DNA from: Candidatus Fervidifonticultor secundus
GTDB taxonomy: Bacteria > Sysuimicrobiota > Sysuimicrobiia > Sysuimicrobiales > Humicultoraceae
Direction of reading: 5' to 3'
DNA length: 64,000 nt
Assembly (NCBI GenBank): GCA_031459385.1
Contig: JAVKIP010000012.1
Location: 1 to 64,000 of the forward strand
Made by a program: the position numbers and the translations under genes. The notes below the pieces were generated by a model that was not told where the DNA came from, did not search any database, and worked only from the letters and a program-made list of their open reading frames with translations. Below are positions 27,717 through 37,777 of this stretch, one piece after another. Numbering within the stretch: the first letter of the stretch is position 1; the number at the start of each line of letters is the position of its first letter.

Positions 27717-28552
27717 GACAGGCGCGGCCGGCGCTCGCCGACCATGCGCATGACCTGACCGACCCCGGCCAGGCGGTGCACGAGGAACAGCACGACGAAC
27801 GACGCCGCGATCATGGTGGTCGAGACCGCGGCGACGACCGGGTCGATGTCCGAGACCAGCAGCTGGAAGAGCCGCATCGGCAGCGTCTCCTGCCGCTGCC
27901 CGGCCACGAAGATCGACAGGGCCAGGTTGTCGAACGACTCGATGAACGCGAAACCGGCACCGACGGCCAGGCCCGGGCCCAGCAGCGGCAGCGTTACGTG
28001 CCGGAGGATCTGCCAGCGGGTCGCGCCGAGGTTCGCCGCGGCCTCCTCGAGGGCGGGGTCGACCTGCACCAGGGCCGCGGCGCTGGTGCGGACGACGTAG
28101 GGGAAGGTGATCAACATGTGGCTCACCACCAGCGTGCCCAGCGAGAGCCGCACACCGAGGAAGCCGAAGAAGAACAGCAGCGCGATGCCGAGCACGATCG
28201 ACGGCAGCATGATGGGCGCCAGGGTGAACGTGAGGAGGACGTCGCGGCCACGGAAGCGCCCGCGCACCAGCGGGAACGCCGTGAGCACGCCCAGGCCCGC
28301 GGCGCCGGCCATGGCCAGCGCGGCCACGACCAGACTCGTCCGGGCGGCCCGCAGGATCTCCGGGCTGGCTGCCAGCCGGGCGTACCAGCGCAGCGAGAAC
28401 CCCTCCGGCGGAAAGCTGAGGTACGCGGCGCTGGTGAAGGACGCCAGCACGACCACCAGGGTCGGCAGGACCAGCAGCACGCCCGCCAGCGCGGCCACCG
28501 CCCCCAGGAGGAGCGCGGTGGCGCCATCACCCACGAGGTGCAGGCGTCTCAC
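27713..28552 (-). CDS. ABC permease PotC-like (set 2)
   Basis: SFT....FPP.GFSLRWY and LEEAAANLGA; GTGA overlap. Confidence 0.9.
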   Translation of the reverse strand: MRRLHLVGDGATALLLGAVAALAGVLLVLPTLVVVLASFTSAAYLSFPPEGFSLRWYARLAASPEILRAARTSLVVAALAMAGAAGLGVLTAFPLVRGRFRGRDVLLTFTLAPIMLPSIVLGIALLFFFGFLGVRLSLGTLVVSHMLITFPYVVRTSAAALVQVDPALEEAAANLGATRWQILRHVTLPLLGPGLAVGAGFAFIESFDNLALSIFVAGQRQETLPMRLFQLLVSDIDPVVAAVSTTMIAASFVVLFLVHRLAGVGQVMRMVGERRPRLS

Positions 28553-29400
28553 CGCTCGGCCCACCCCAGCCCCAGGCGGCGCACGAGCGCGGTGTAGAGG
28601 CCGACCACGACCAGCGAAGTACCCAGCAGCACGAGCGAGATCGCCGACAGGATGCCCCAGTCCAGGGACTGCTGGGTCTGCTGGTAGATCAGGGTGGGGA
28701 GAATGATGAAGGTCCCCCCACCTACCAGCGCCGGCGTCGTGAACGAGGCGAAGGCCAGCACGAAGACCAGCGCCGACCCGGCCAGGATGCCCGGCAGGCT
28801 CAGGGGCAGGACGACGTGGCGGATGGCCTGGGCACGCGAGGCCCCGAGCCCCCGCGCCGCATCGTACAGCGACGGATTCTGCCGGACCAGCACGCTGATG
28901 ATCGGCAGCACCATGAAGGGCAGCATCACCTGCGCCAGGGCGATCACGACCCCCTGCATGGTGAAGAGGAGGCGCAGCGGCTCGTCGATGATCCCGAGGC
29001 CGCGCAGCAGGTCGTTCAGCAACCCCCGGCGCCCCAGGATCACCAGCCATCCGTACGACCGGACGACCGTGCCGGTGAGAATCGGCGAGAGCACCAGCAC
29101 CAGCAGCACGGTCTGCCAGGCCGGCGACATCCGCGTGAAGACGTAGGCGTACGGGAAGCCCAGGACGGCGCACGCCAGGGTGACCGTCGCAGCCATGCCC
29201 ACCGTCCGCAGCGTGATCCTGAGGTAGAACGGGTCGGTCACGTAGCGCAGCGGGGGCGCCAGGTTCGGCGCCTCCCAGACGATGGTCCCCCCGCGCACCG
29301 GGAAGACGCCGATGGCGGCCAGCAGTACCAGAGGCAGCACGAACAGCCCCGCCAGCAGCAGCAGCGCCGGTGCGAGCAGCGCCGGTGACCGGCCCACCAT
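28549..29400 (-). CDS. ABC permease PotB-like (set 2)
   Basis: VVRSYGWLVILG..G.LN and DAARGLGA...V.LPLSLPG. Confidence 0.9.
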   Translation of the reverse strand: MVGRSPALLAPALLLLAGLFVLPLVLLAAIGVFPVRGGTIVWEAPNLAPPLRYVTDPFYLRITLRTVGMAATVTLACAVLGFPYAYVFTRMSPAWQTVLLVLVLSPILTGTVVRSYGWLVILGRRGLLNDLLRGLGIIDEPLRLLFTMQGVVIALAQVMLPFMVLPIISVLVRQNPSLYDAARGLGASRAQAIRHVVLPLSLPGILAGSALVFVLAFASFTTPALVGGGTFIILPTLIYQQTQQSLDWGILSAISLVLLGTSLVVVGLYTALVRRLGLGWAER

Positions 29401-29401
29401 G

Positions 29402-30451
29402 CTAGCGCCCGAACTCCCGGTTGAAGCGGTCAGTCCAGGCCTGCCGGCTCCGGTTGATGGTCGTCCAGTCCAGAGCCAGCAGCTGCTCCACCTCCTCGGG
29501 ACGGGTCGGCAGGTAACGGCGCATCGCCGCCGGCAGGTTCACACCGCTGTTGGTGGGGCCGAAGAAGTACGGCGCCACCGCCGCTTTGAGCTGATAGTCC
29601 TTGCTGATGGCTTCGTTGATGAACTGCGCCACCAGCTGCGGCTGCCGCGTGTTGGTCACGGCGTTCATGACCGACATGACCACCACCGCGCCTTCCTTCG
29701 GCACGACCCAGTCCACGGGCAGCCCCTTCTCCCGCAGGGTGAGGATCGTGTTGTTCCACAGCGGGCCGATCGCCACCTCATCGCGCTCGAACAGGGCCGC
29801 CAGAGCCCCGGGGCGGGGGGCCACCGCCGAGACGCTGCCCATCAGGGTCCGGTAGGCGGCGAAGCCGGGCTCGATGTTGTCCTCCCCGCCGCCGTGCAGG
29901 CGGGCCAGCATCACCAGGAAGGCGACTCCGAGGGAGCTGTTGAGGTTCACGGTGCCCACCTGTCCCTTGAACGCGGGCTTGAACAGGTCCCGCCACGACG
30001 TGGGCGGCGTCCGCACCTTCCGCGTATTGTAGGCCAGGCCGACCACCGAGTAGGCCTGCGGCACGCCGTAGCCGCGGGTCACCCGGCGGTACGCGGGGTA
30101 GACCTGCGCCAGGTTGGGGATGGTCTTCTCGTCCAGACCCTGCACGATGCCGTCCGCGGCGGCCTGCAGGTGCGGCCCCTCGTCGAGCACGATGACGTCG
30201 AAGGGCGGCGCCGCCGGCGATGCCTTGATCTTGGCGATCACCTCCAGCGACAGCGACGGGACCAGCGTCACCCGGGCGCCCGTGCGGCGCTCGAACGGGT
30301 CGGCCAGGAACCAGCGGAACGGCTCGTCAAGCTGCCCGCCGTAGGACGACATCACGATCTCGGGGGTTGGCGCCGCGGGTAGCCCCCCGGGCGCGAGGGC
30401 CACCCACGCCAGCACCACCACCAGCCCCGCCAGCAACATCGATCGCATCAC
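29402..30451 (-). CDS. ABC substrate-binding protein PotD/PotF-like (set 2)
   Basis: Signal peptide; SYGG, PFE..TG, YNT.KV..PPTSW.DL and PKEGA. Confidence 0.88.
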   Translation of the reverse strand: MMRSMLLAGLVVVLAWVALAPGGLPAAPTPEIVMSSYGGQLDEPFRWFLADPFERRTGARVTLVPSLSLEVIAKIKASPAAPPFDVIVLDEGPHLQAAADGIVQGLDEKTIPNLAQVYPAYRRVTRGYGVPQAYSVVGLAYNTRKVRTPPTSWRDLFKPAFKGQVGTVNLNSSLGVAFLVMLARLHGGGEDNIEPGFAAYRTLMGSVSAVAPRPGALAALFERDEVAIGPLWNNTILTLREKGLPVDWVVPKEGAVVVMSVMNAVTNTRQPQLVAQFINEAISKDYQLKAAVAPYFFGPTNSGVNLPAAMRRYLPTRPEEVEQLLALDWTTINRSRQAWTDRFNREFGR

Positions 30452-30460
30452 CGCACCTCC

Positions 30461-31528
30461 TCATGCGTCCCGGCGCGCGCCGGGCGGAGTGCCGTACCGG
30501 TACTTGCGCGAGACCTCGTACCGCGCGCTGCCACGCAGGTGGGACCGCCGGTCGGGATCCAGCCCCCGGGCCCGCGCCGCCCAGTACGCCAGCCACTGAA
30601 GCGGCACCGCGGCGACCAGCGGCGAGGCCCACGGCGCCACCTCCGGCAGCGAGAGGTGGACGTCCCCCCCCGGCGCCCCGCCGACGAGCCAGACCGGCAC
30701 GCCCAGCTCGTGCAGGTGCAAGGCCGCGGCCGCCGCCCGCTGGGACGATGGCGCATCGTGCGCGACCAGGACGACGGGCTGCTCGGTCCGCACCACCCAG
30801 TGGTGCTCGTGAAAGAACTCCTCGGTCTCGTGGGCGATCCCGACGATGTCGGCGACCTCCACCAGCTTGGCCGCGCCGTAGCGCGCCGTGGCCTCCTGGC
30901 ATCCCATCCCCAGGACATGCCAGATCGCCGTCGGCGCGTGGGCGCCCACGGCACCCCGAATCGCCCCTTCCAGGGCCAGCGCGGCTGGGAGGGCAGCCAC
31001 GGCGGCGCGCAGGTCGCCTGCGGGGGCGCTGTCCGGCACCACCGCCAGCAGCATCAGGACCAGCAGCGAGGCGGTGTAGGTCACGGTGCCGGCCAGGAAC
31101 GGCGCCGGCTCGGCGATCCCCAGCGCGACGACCCGATCGGCTTCCCGCGCCAGCGGGCTCGCCGGCGCGTTGGTCACGGCCAGCACGCGGGCGCCGCGGG
31201 TCCGCGCCACACGCGCCGCAGCCACCGACGCGCCCACGGCGCCGGAGGCAGACAACACGATGACCAGATCGTCGGGCCCCAGGTCGGCGGGCGGATAGGC
31301 GGCCAGCTCCTGGGCCAGCAGCGGCTGGTAGGGCACGCCGGCGTACCGCCGGAACACGTCGGCGGCGGCGAGCGGCGCGAAGTAGGAGTCTCCATGCCCG
31401 GTGGCCCAGAGGCGGCGGGCGCCTGCTGCGGCGACGCCGGCCGTGGCGCGGATCTCGTCGTGGCGCGCGAGCAGGGCCTCCAGCGCGTCGGGCTGGCTCT
31501 GGATCTGCGCGCGCATCGGCCCGCTCAC
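30461..31528 (-). CDS. Double-SIS sugar-phosphate isomerase/deglycase (GlmS-C/FrlB/AgaS-like)
   Basis: I.SQP, TGHGDSY, SASG, VTN...SPLA, LG.G...ATA.YGAAKLVE and EEFFH. Confidence 0.85.
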   Translation of the reverse strand: MSGPMRAQIQSQPDALEALLARHDEIRATAGVAAAGARRLWATGHGDSYFAPLAAADVFRRYAGVPYQPLLAQELAAYPPADLGPDDLVIVLSASGAVGASVAAARVARTRGARVLAVTNAPASPLAREADRVVALGIAEPAPFLAGTVTYTASLLVLMLLAVVPDSAPAGDLRAAVAALPAALALEGAIRGAVGAHAPTAIWHVLGMGCQEATARYGAAKLVEVADIVGIAHETEEFFHEHHWVVRTEQPVVLVAHDAPSSQRAAAAALHLHELGVPVWLVGGAPGGDVHLSLPEVAPWASPLVAAVPLQWLAYWAARARGLDPDRRSHLRGSARYEVSRKYRYGTPPGARRDA

Positions 31529-32472
31529 TGCGTGTGCTCCAGCACCCAGCGCCACCGCCGGTCGCGCTCGGTGGGATCGGCCAGGATCAGGCCCGCGAGG
31601 CCGAAGCGCTCCACCGCGAAGGAAGCCGACACCGCCCCGCAGGCGGCTGCCTGGACCACGTCGCGGCCATCCAGCAGACCGGCGAGCATCCCGCCACAGA
31701 ACGCGTCGCCCGCACCAGTGGGATCCCGGGCGCGCACCGGCACCGCGGGCACGACGTGGCGGCGGCCGGCCCCGTCGCCGACCAGCGCGCCGTGGCGGCC
31801 CAGTTTGATCACCGTGGCCCGGCGCGCAAGCGGCGCCAGCTGCGCCAGCGCCTCGTGGGGCGAGAGCTGCGGATATCGGGCCCGAACTTCCTCCCGGCTG
31901 GGCAGGAAGACGGCCACCGGTTCCAGCAGCGCCCGGAGCGCGTCGGGGCTCGCGTCGCCCATCAGGTGCGGGGACGGGTCCAGGGTGAGCGGGTCCATGT
32001 GGGCCAGCGCCCCCACCAGCGCGCGCTGCACCTCCGGGGGCAGCGGTGCCAGGTGCGCGGCGCGGGCGCGGAGGTAGCGCGGCGGCAGGTGCGCCGGCGA
32101 CAGCCGCAGCTGGCGGATCGGCTCGCCGGTGTCAGCCGGCAGGTAGGGCTGTGGGGCACCCCTGGTATCGGGCGCCCACAGGCGCTGCGTGCGCTCGCCG
32201 TCGGCACCATAGAAGAACTCGGTAACCGACGCCGGCACGTTCACCGGAACGAGCCCCTCGGTGTCGATCTCCAACGCCGCCAGCACGTCGGCCCAGCGCG
32301 CGGGCAGGCCCGTGCCGCAAAACGCCACCACGCCGGCGCGCAGGCCCCAGATGTGCGCGCCCGCCGCGGCGTAGATCGCGTTGCCGCCCAGCTGGCGCCC
32401 GGCGGTCGTGCCGTCGGCCGCGTACACGATGTCGACCGTGCACCCGCCGGCGGTGATCAGATCGAGCCTCAT
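31525..32472 (-). CDS. PfkB family carbohydrate kinase
   Basis: GGNAIYAA, FLPSREE, IKLG..G and DPTGAGDAFCGG. Confidence 0.92.
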   Translation of the reverse strand: MRLDLITAGGCTVDIVYAADGTTAGRQLGGNAIYAAAGAHIWGLRAGVVAFCGTGLPARWADVLAALEIDTEGLVPVNVPASVTEFFYGADGERTQRLWAPDTRGAPQPYLPADTGEPIRQLRLSPAHLPPRYLRARAAHLAPLPPEVQRALVGALAHMDPLTLDPSPHLMGDASPDALRALLEPVAVFLPSREEVRARYPQLSPHEALAQLAPLARRATVIKLGRHGALVGDGAGRRHVVPAVPVRARDPTGAGDAFCGGMLAGLLDGRDVVQAAACGAVSASFAVERFGLAGLILADPTERDRRWRWVLEHTQ

Positions 32473-33545
32473 GTCGCGAAGACCGTGCACGCTTGCGGGT
32501 CGGCCAGGACCACGCCGACCGCCTCGCCCAGGGCGAACGTCCGCGCGTCGGGGGAGCGCACCGCGGTGATCTTCAGCCGCACCCCGCTCGTGGCCTCGAC
32601 CTCGTATTCCAGCAGCGGCCCGATGGGGCGCACGAAGCTGACCGCCCCGGGCAGCCCCCCAGGCTCGCCGGCAGAACCCAGGCGGAGGTTCTCGGGCCGC
32701 ACCACCAGCGTCGCGCGCTGGCCCGGCCGCAGGTCGCCAGCCAGCGGCACCAGGAACGTGACGCCGGGGTGGCGGAGGCGCACCGCACCCGGCGTGACCT
32801 CGACGACCTCCACGGGGATGAAGTTGCTGCCGCCGACGAAGTCCGCCACGAAGGGATCCCGGGGGTTGTCGTAGATCTCGGTCGGTCCGCCGCTCTGCAC
32901 GATGCGGCCGGCGCTCATCACGGCGATCAGGTCGGACATCGTCAGCGCCTCTTCCTGGTCGTGCGTCACGAACACGGTGGTGATGCCCAGCTGCCGGATG
33001 ATCTTCTTCACGTCCACCTGCATCTGCAGCCGGAGCTTGCGGTCCAGGGCGCCGAACGGCTCATCCAGCAGCAGCACGCGCGGCTGGATCGCCAGCGCGC
33101 GCGCCAGCGCCACACGCTGCTGCTGTCCACCCGAGAGCTGGTGCGGGTAGCGGTGCCGCAGCTCCTGCAGCCCCACCAGCGCCAGCATCTCGTCGGTGCG
33201 GCGCGCCACCAGGTCGGCGGGCGCGTGCCGCATCCGCAGGCCGAAGGACACGTTCCGCTCGACGGTCATGTGGGGGAACAGCGCGTAGTTCTGGAAGACC
33301 ATGCCGACCTGGCGCCGGTTGGAAGGCACGTGGGTGATCACCTCGCCCCCCAGGAGCACATCGCCCGCATCAGGCATGATGAACCCGGCGACCAGCCGCA
33401 GCAGCGTCGTCTTGCCGCAGCCCGAGGGGCCGAGCAGGGTGACGAACCGACCGGCGGGCACCGTAAACGAAAGATCGTCGAGCGCCGTCGTCTCGCCGAA
33501 CCGCTTGGTGACCTCCCGCAGTTCCACGTCCACGGGTGCGATCAC
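32469..33545 (-). CDS. ABC ATP-binding protein PotA-like (TOBE)
   Basis: GPSGCGKTT, FQNYALFPHM, LSGGQQQR and VTHDQEEA. Confidence 0.95.
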   Translation of the reverse strand: MIAPVDVELREVTKRFGETTALDDLSFTVPAGRFVTLLGPSGCGKTTLLRLVAGFIMPDAGDVLLGGEVITHVPSNRRQVGMVFQNYALFPHMTVERNVSFGLRMRHAPADLVARRTDEMLALVGLQELRHRYPHQLSGGQQQRVALARALAIQPRVLLLDEPFGALDRKLRLQMQVDVKKIIRQLGITTVFVTHDQEEALTMSDLIAVMSAGRIVQSGGPTEIYDNPRDPFVADFVGGSNFIPVEVVEVTPGAVRLRHPGVTFLVPLAGDLRPGQRATLVVRPENLRLGSAGEPGGLPGAVSFVRPIGPLLEYEVEATSGVRLKITAVRSPDARTFALGEAVGVVLADPQACTVFAT

Positions 33546-33593
33546 TCCCTCCGGCGCGGCTCCTGCCGGCGTGGCACGCCGGCCGCCCCGCGC

Positions 33594-34751
33594 TCAGGCC
33601 TGCTGCAGCCCCCGGATGGCGCTGGCGCGGATCAGGCGGCCGCCGTCGCGCCGGCGCAGGGGCACCACGGGCTGACCGCGGTGGAGCGCCAGCGCGATGC
33701 CCAGCACCTGCAGGGGGACGACGTAGGGGAGCGGCGCGTAGCCCTCCCACACGTCGCCGTCTACCGCCAGCACCGCGGCCGCCGCGGCGCACACGGCTGT
33801 CTCCTGCGGGCTCGTGACGGCAATGGCCACGCCGCCGTCGGCACGAATCGCCTCCAGGATCTCGGCGCCACGGTCTGTGCTGTCGCCCGGCGGGAGGACG
33901 GCGACCGCCCGGGTGCGGGCGCCCTCCACCATGGTGAGGAAGTACTCGAGGTGGGCCCACTCTTCCAGGTGCTGGGGCACCCCGCACATCGGCACTTCCT
34001 CCACGACTTTGGCCGCGCCGAAGAGCGCCGTGCCGTAGGCTGGCCCGGCGCCCAGATAGTAAATGCGCTCGGCGTCGCCCACGAGCGCCAGCACCGGGGT
34101 CACCGCGTCTTGGGCGATCTGCAGCGTCCGCTGCGCCAGCACAGCAGCGGCCTCGACCGCCTGCTCCTCCCGCGCGACCTCGCGCTCGGTGAGCCGGCCG
34201 CGCGCCAGGCCCAGGGACCAGGCGAGGGCGAACAGCGCCACCAGCGTCCCGACGTACTCCCTCAGGTGGCGCGCGACACGGGCCGTGGGCCCCGCTGGCC
34301 CGCCGGCGGCGACGACCGGCCGGGCGACGCCCGCAGCCGCCAGCCGGTGCAGCGGCGAATCGGGCGCACCGGTCAGGGCCAGCGTGCGCGCCCCGGCTCG
34401 CGCTGCCAGCGCCACCGACTCCAGGACCCGCGACGTGGTTCCGGAGTTCGACACGCCTACCACGGCCACGTCAGGCCCGAAGCCTGCAGCCGCATAGCGT
34501 CCGCACTCCAGTGCGTCCATCGGCTCGCAGGGGAGCCCGGCGAAGCGCTCGACGGCGAGCCGCGCGGCTACCGCCGCGAACAGCGAATCGCCGCACCCGC
34601 TGATCACCAGGCGTCGGATACTACCCGCGCCCGCCGCCTGCAGCGCGGTTGCCCACCCTGCGCGCGCGTCCCGGGTTGTCTGACGCACCAGCGCCGGCAG
34701 GTCGAAGGCGCGCGCGAATACGGCCAGCCGCTCCTCTACGCCGCCGGTCAT
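33594..34751 (-). CDS. Double-SIS sugar-phosphate isomerase/deglycase (GlmS-C/FrlB/AgaS-like)
   Basis: SGCGDSL, SNSGTT, LGAGPAYGTA.FGAAKVVE and EEWAH; ATGA overlap. Confidence 0.85.
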   Translation of the reverse strand: MTGGVEERLAVFARAFDLPALVRQTTRDARAGWATALQAAGAGSIRRLVISGCGDSLFAAVAARLAVERFAGLPCEPMDALECGRYAAAGFGPDVAVVGVSNSGTTSRVLESVALAARAGARTLALTGAPDSPLHRLAAAGVARPVVAAGGPAGPTARVARHLREYVGTLVALFALAWSLGLARGRLTEREVAREEQAVEAAAVLAQRTLQIAQDAVTPVLALVGDAERIYYLGAGPAYGTALFGAAKVVEEVPMCGVPQHLEEWAHLEYFLTMVEGARTRAVAVLPPGDSTDRGAEILEAIRADGGVAIAVTSPQETAVCAAAAAVLAVDGDVWEGYAPLPYVVPLQVLGIALALHRGQPVVPLRRRDGGRLIRASAIRGLQQA

Positions 34752-36046
34752 GTGCTCTGCCCCGCCGTCCCTGCCCCAGACCCCTGCGGGGCCAGCGTCC
34801 GCGCCGGCACTGCGGCCTCTCGCGGCCAGACGCCCACGTCGCGCGGGATGAGCCGGCCGCCCTGCACCACCAGGACCGGCGCGCGCAACACGCGGAGGTC
34901 GGCCAGCGGGTCGCCGCGCACCGCGACGACGTCCGCGAGCCGTCCCGGCTGCAGCGCACCGACCCGGTCCTGCCACCCCAGCACCGCGGCTGCGGCGGCC
35001 GTGGCGGCCCGGATCGCCACCGCCGCCGGTACGCCGGCCTCGGCCATCAGCCCCAGGCCGTCGGCGAGGTCATCGGGCGAGAGCACCGGCTGGCCGCCGT
35101 AGTCGGTGCCGAACGCGATGGGCACGCCGGCGCTGCAGGCCAGGCGCAGCGTCGCCCTGCCGAGGTCCAGCGCCTCCGCCGCGGCCTGGGCGTCGGCCGG
35201 CGCGCAGCCGAGGGCGACGCCGCGGGTGGCGTAGCGCTCGCGCACCAGGAGGTCGCAGACCAGGGTGGTGCCGCGGCTCGCCATGGTCTCCGCGGTGGAG
35301 GCGTCGAGGCCGTAGCCGTGCTCGATGCTGTCCACGCCGGCGGCCACTGCGCGGCGGATCGCCTCCGCACCCACCGCGTGACAGGCCACGCGCAGTCCCA
35401 TGCGGTGGGCCTCGTCCACCAGCGCCGCCAGTTCCTCCGGCGAGAAGTGCGGGACCATCGAGCGCGGCCCGCCCGAGGCCGCGATCTTGATGACGTCGGC
35501 GCCGGCCCGCACCATCTCGCGCACCGCCCGCCGGCAGTCGTCGGGGCCGTCGGCGAGCCGGCAGGACTCCCGCGCCCGCACCAGGCCTGCCGGCAGCCAG
35601 GCGCGGTCGCCCTGGCCACCGGTCTGGTAGATGCCCTTGACCGCCACCTGCAGGCGCGGGCCCGGCACCTCCCCGGCAGCGATCGCCCGCTTCACGGCGA
35701 CCGCCGCCTCGCTCCCCAGGTCGCGCGCGCTGGTGAACCCGGCTGCCAGGATCCGCGCGGCGTCCCGCGCGGCGCCGATGGCCCGCAGGCCGTCGCTCAT
35801 CAGGACCCAGTCGGTGCGATTCAACGAGCGCCACCCGTCCAGGTGCAGGTGCGCGTCGATGAGTCCCGGCAGCAGCATGCACCCCGGGAGGTCGATGACG
35901 CGGGCGTCAGGCGGCGCCTGGGCGAGCGCCGTGGCTCCCACGGCAGCGATGCGCTCGCCGGCGACGAGCACGGCGCCCGGCCGCTGCGCCGGCGCGCCGG
36001 TGCCGTCCAGGTAGGCCTCGGCCCGCAGCAACGTCGTCTCCGTCAC
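34748..36046 (-). CDS. Amidohydrolase, Xaa-Pro dipeptidase/carboxypeptidase-like subgroup
   Basis: PGLIDAHLH, GFTSARDLG, TGGQGD, GADVIK (carbamylated Lys), CHAVG, SIEHG and FGTD. Confidence 0.88.
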   Translation of the reverse strand: MTETTLLRAEAYLDGTGAPAQRPGAVLVAGERIAAVGATALAQAPPDARVIDLPGCMLLPGLIDAHLHLDGWRSLNRTDWVLMSDGLRAIGAARDAARILAAGFTSARDLGSEAAVAVKRAIAAGEVPGPRLQVAVKGIYQTGGQGDRAWLPAGLVRARESCRLADGPDDCRRAVREMVRAGADVIKIAASGGPRSMVPHFSPEELAALVDEAHRMGLRVACHAVGAEAIRRAVAAGVDSIEHGYGLDASTAETMASRGTTLVCDLLVRERYATRGVALGCAPADAQAAAEALDLGRATLRLACSAGVPIAFGTDYGGQPVLSPDDLADGLGLMAEAGVPAAVAIRAATAAAAAVLGWQDRVGALQPGRLADVVAVRGDPLADLRVLRAPVLVVQGGRLIPRDVGVWPREAAVPARTLAPQGSGAGTAGQST

Positions 36047-36873
36047 GTGACCCTCCGGCTGAGCTGCGCCACGCGCGCCAGGCCCAGCAGCCGGCTGCCC
36101 ACCAGCAGCACCAGGAGCGCCAGCCCGATCTCCAGGCTGGAGACCGCGCCCACCAGGGGGTTGATGTCGTAGCGCAGCAGGTAGAAGAGCACGATGGGCA
36201 GCGGCCGCAGCCGGTCGCTGGCGGTGAACAGCGAGACCGTGAAGTTGTCGAAGGACAGCAGGAAAGCGAACGCAGCGCCCGCCGCGATCCCGGGCCAGAG
36301 CTGCGGCAGGACCACGTGCACGAACTTCTGGACCTGGCTGGCCCCCAGGCCCTGCGCCGCCTCCTCGTAGGTGGGGTCGAGGGTCGCCAGGCGCGCGCTG
36401 GTCATGCTCACCACGAACGGCAGCGTGACCACCACGTGGCTGACCACCAGCAGGGGGAACGACAGCGCCAGCCCCAGCAGCATGTAGAAGAAGAGCAGCC
36501 CGATGCCGATGACGATGCCCGGCAGCATCAGCGGCGACAAAATGAAGGTCAGCAGGGCCTCCCGGCCACGGAAGCGCGCCCTCGTCAGCGGGAACGCCGC
36601 CGGCACGCCCAGGAGCAGGTCGACGGCCACGACCAGGGCGGCGAGCTTGAAGCTGAGGGCCGCCGCCTGCCGGACTTCCCAGTTGCCCGCCATCGCCGCA
36701 TACCAGCGCAGCGACCACCCCTGGGGCGGGAACGTGAGGAACTCCGAGGCGTTGAACGACGTGACGACGACCAGTACGCTGGGCGCCACCAGCGCCACCA
36801 GCGAGACGCCCGCCAGCAGCCCCAGGACGGCGGCCAGCAGCGCGTCGGCCGGCACCCGGCGCGCGCGCATCAC
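36043..36873 (-). CDS. ABC permease PotC-like (set 1)
   Basis: SFN....FPPQGWSLRWY, EEAAQGLGA and FLLSFDN. Confidence 0.9.
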   Translation of the reverse strand: MMRARRVPADALLAAVLGLLAGVSLVALVAPSVLVVVTSFNASEFLTFPPQGWSLRWYAAMAGNWEVRQAAALSFKLAALVVAVDLLLGVPAAFPLTRARFRGREALLTFILSPLMLPGIVIGIGLLFFYMLLGLALSFPLLVVSHVVVTLPFVVSMTSARLATLDPTYEEAAQGLGASQVQKFVHVVLPQLWPGIAAGAAFAFLLSFDNFTVSLFTASDRLRPLPIVLFYLLRYDINPLVGAVSSLEIGLALLVLLVGSRLLGLARVAQLSRRVT

Positions 36874-36904
36874 GGGCGCCGGTCCCCCAGCAGCGCGAAC
36901 GGCC

Positions 36905-37774
36905 TCACCGCATCCACCGCAGCAGCCGCGCCGTAGCGCGGTTGAACGCCCACAGCATCACCATGGCTGTCCCCAGCAACAGCGTGGCCAGCACGGCGCC
37001 GCTGTTCCACTGCAGCAGCGCCGAGATCTGCTCGAAGATGAACGTGGGGATGACGGCGAACGACCCGCCGCCCAGCAGTGCGGGCACTGCGAAGTTTGTG
37101 TACGAGATGACGAACACCAGCGCCGCGCCCGTGAGCACGCCGGGCAGGCTCAGGGGGACGATGACGTGGAAGAAGGTCTGGGCCCACGTGGCGCCCAGGC
37201 CCGCTGCTGCCTCCGTCAGGCTCCGGTCCTGCCCCTCCAGCGCCGCGATGATCGGCAAGATCATGAAGGGGAGCTGGATCTGCGTGAGCCCGATCAGCAC
37301 CGCCGGCATCGTGTAGAGGATCTTCACCGGCTCGTCGATCACCCCGAGCCGGAGCAGGGCGGCGTTGAGCAGGCCCTTCTGACCGCCCAGGATGATCATC
37401 CAGCCGAACGTGCGCACCACCGCGTTGGTCAGCAGCGGGGCCAGAACCACCACGAGCAGCACCCCTCGGGCGAGGGGGCCCACACGGGTGAACAGATAGG
37501 CCACCGGATAGCCGAACAGCAGACACAGGCCCGTGGCGGCCAGTCCCATCCAGAACGTCCGCAGGAAGATCCGGTAGTAGAACGGATCGCCCAGCACCCG
37601 GGCGTAGTGGTCCAGGGTCCACGAGCCGGGTACGACTCGCCCGCCGCGGATCTCCACCAGCCCGAACGCGAACAGCAGCACCAGCGGCACGGCCAGGAAG
37701 ATCACGAGGTAGGCCACGGCCGGGGCGAGCAGCCCCTGCTGGCCCCACGCCGGGCTGCGCCGCGCGCGCGGCAT
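36905..37774 (-). CDS. ABC permease PotB-like (set 1)
   Basis: VVRTFGW.IILG..GLLN and EAAAGLGA...PLSLPG. Confidence 0.9.
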   Translation of the reverse strand: MPRARRSPAWGQQGLLAPAVAYLVIFLAVPLVLLFAFGLVEIRGGRVVPGSWTLDHYARVLGDPFYYRIFLRTFWMGLAATGLCLLFGYPVAYLFTRVGPLARGVLLVVVLAPLLTNAVVRTFGWMIILGGQKGLLNAALLRLGVIDEPVKILYTMPAVLIGLTQIQLPFMILPIIAALEGQDRSLTEAAAGLGATWAQTFFHVIVPLSLPGVLTGAALVFVISYTNFAVPALLGGGSFAVIPTFIFEQISALLQWNSGAVLATLLLGTAMVMLWAFNRATARLLRWMR

Positions 37775-37777
37775 CGG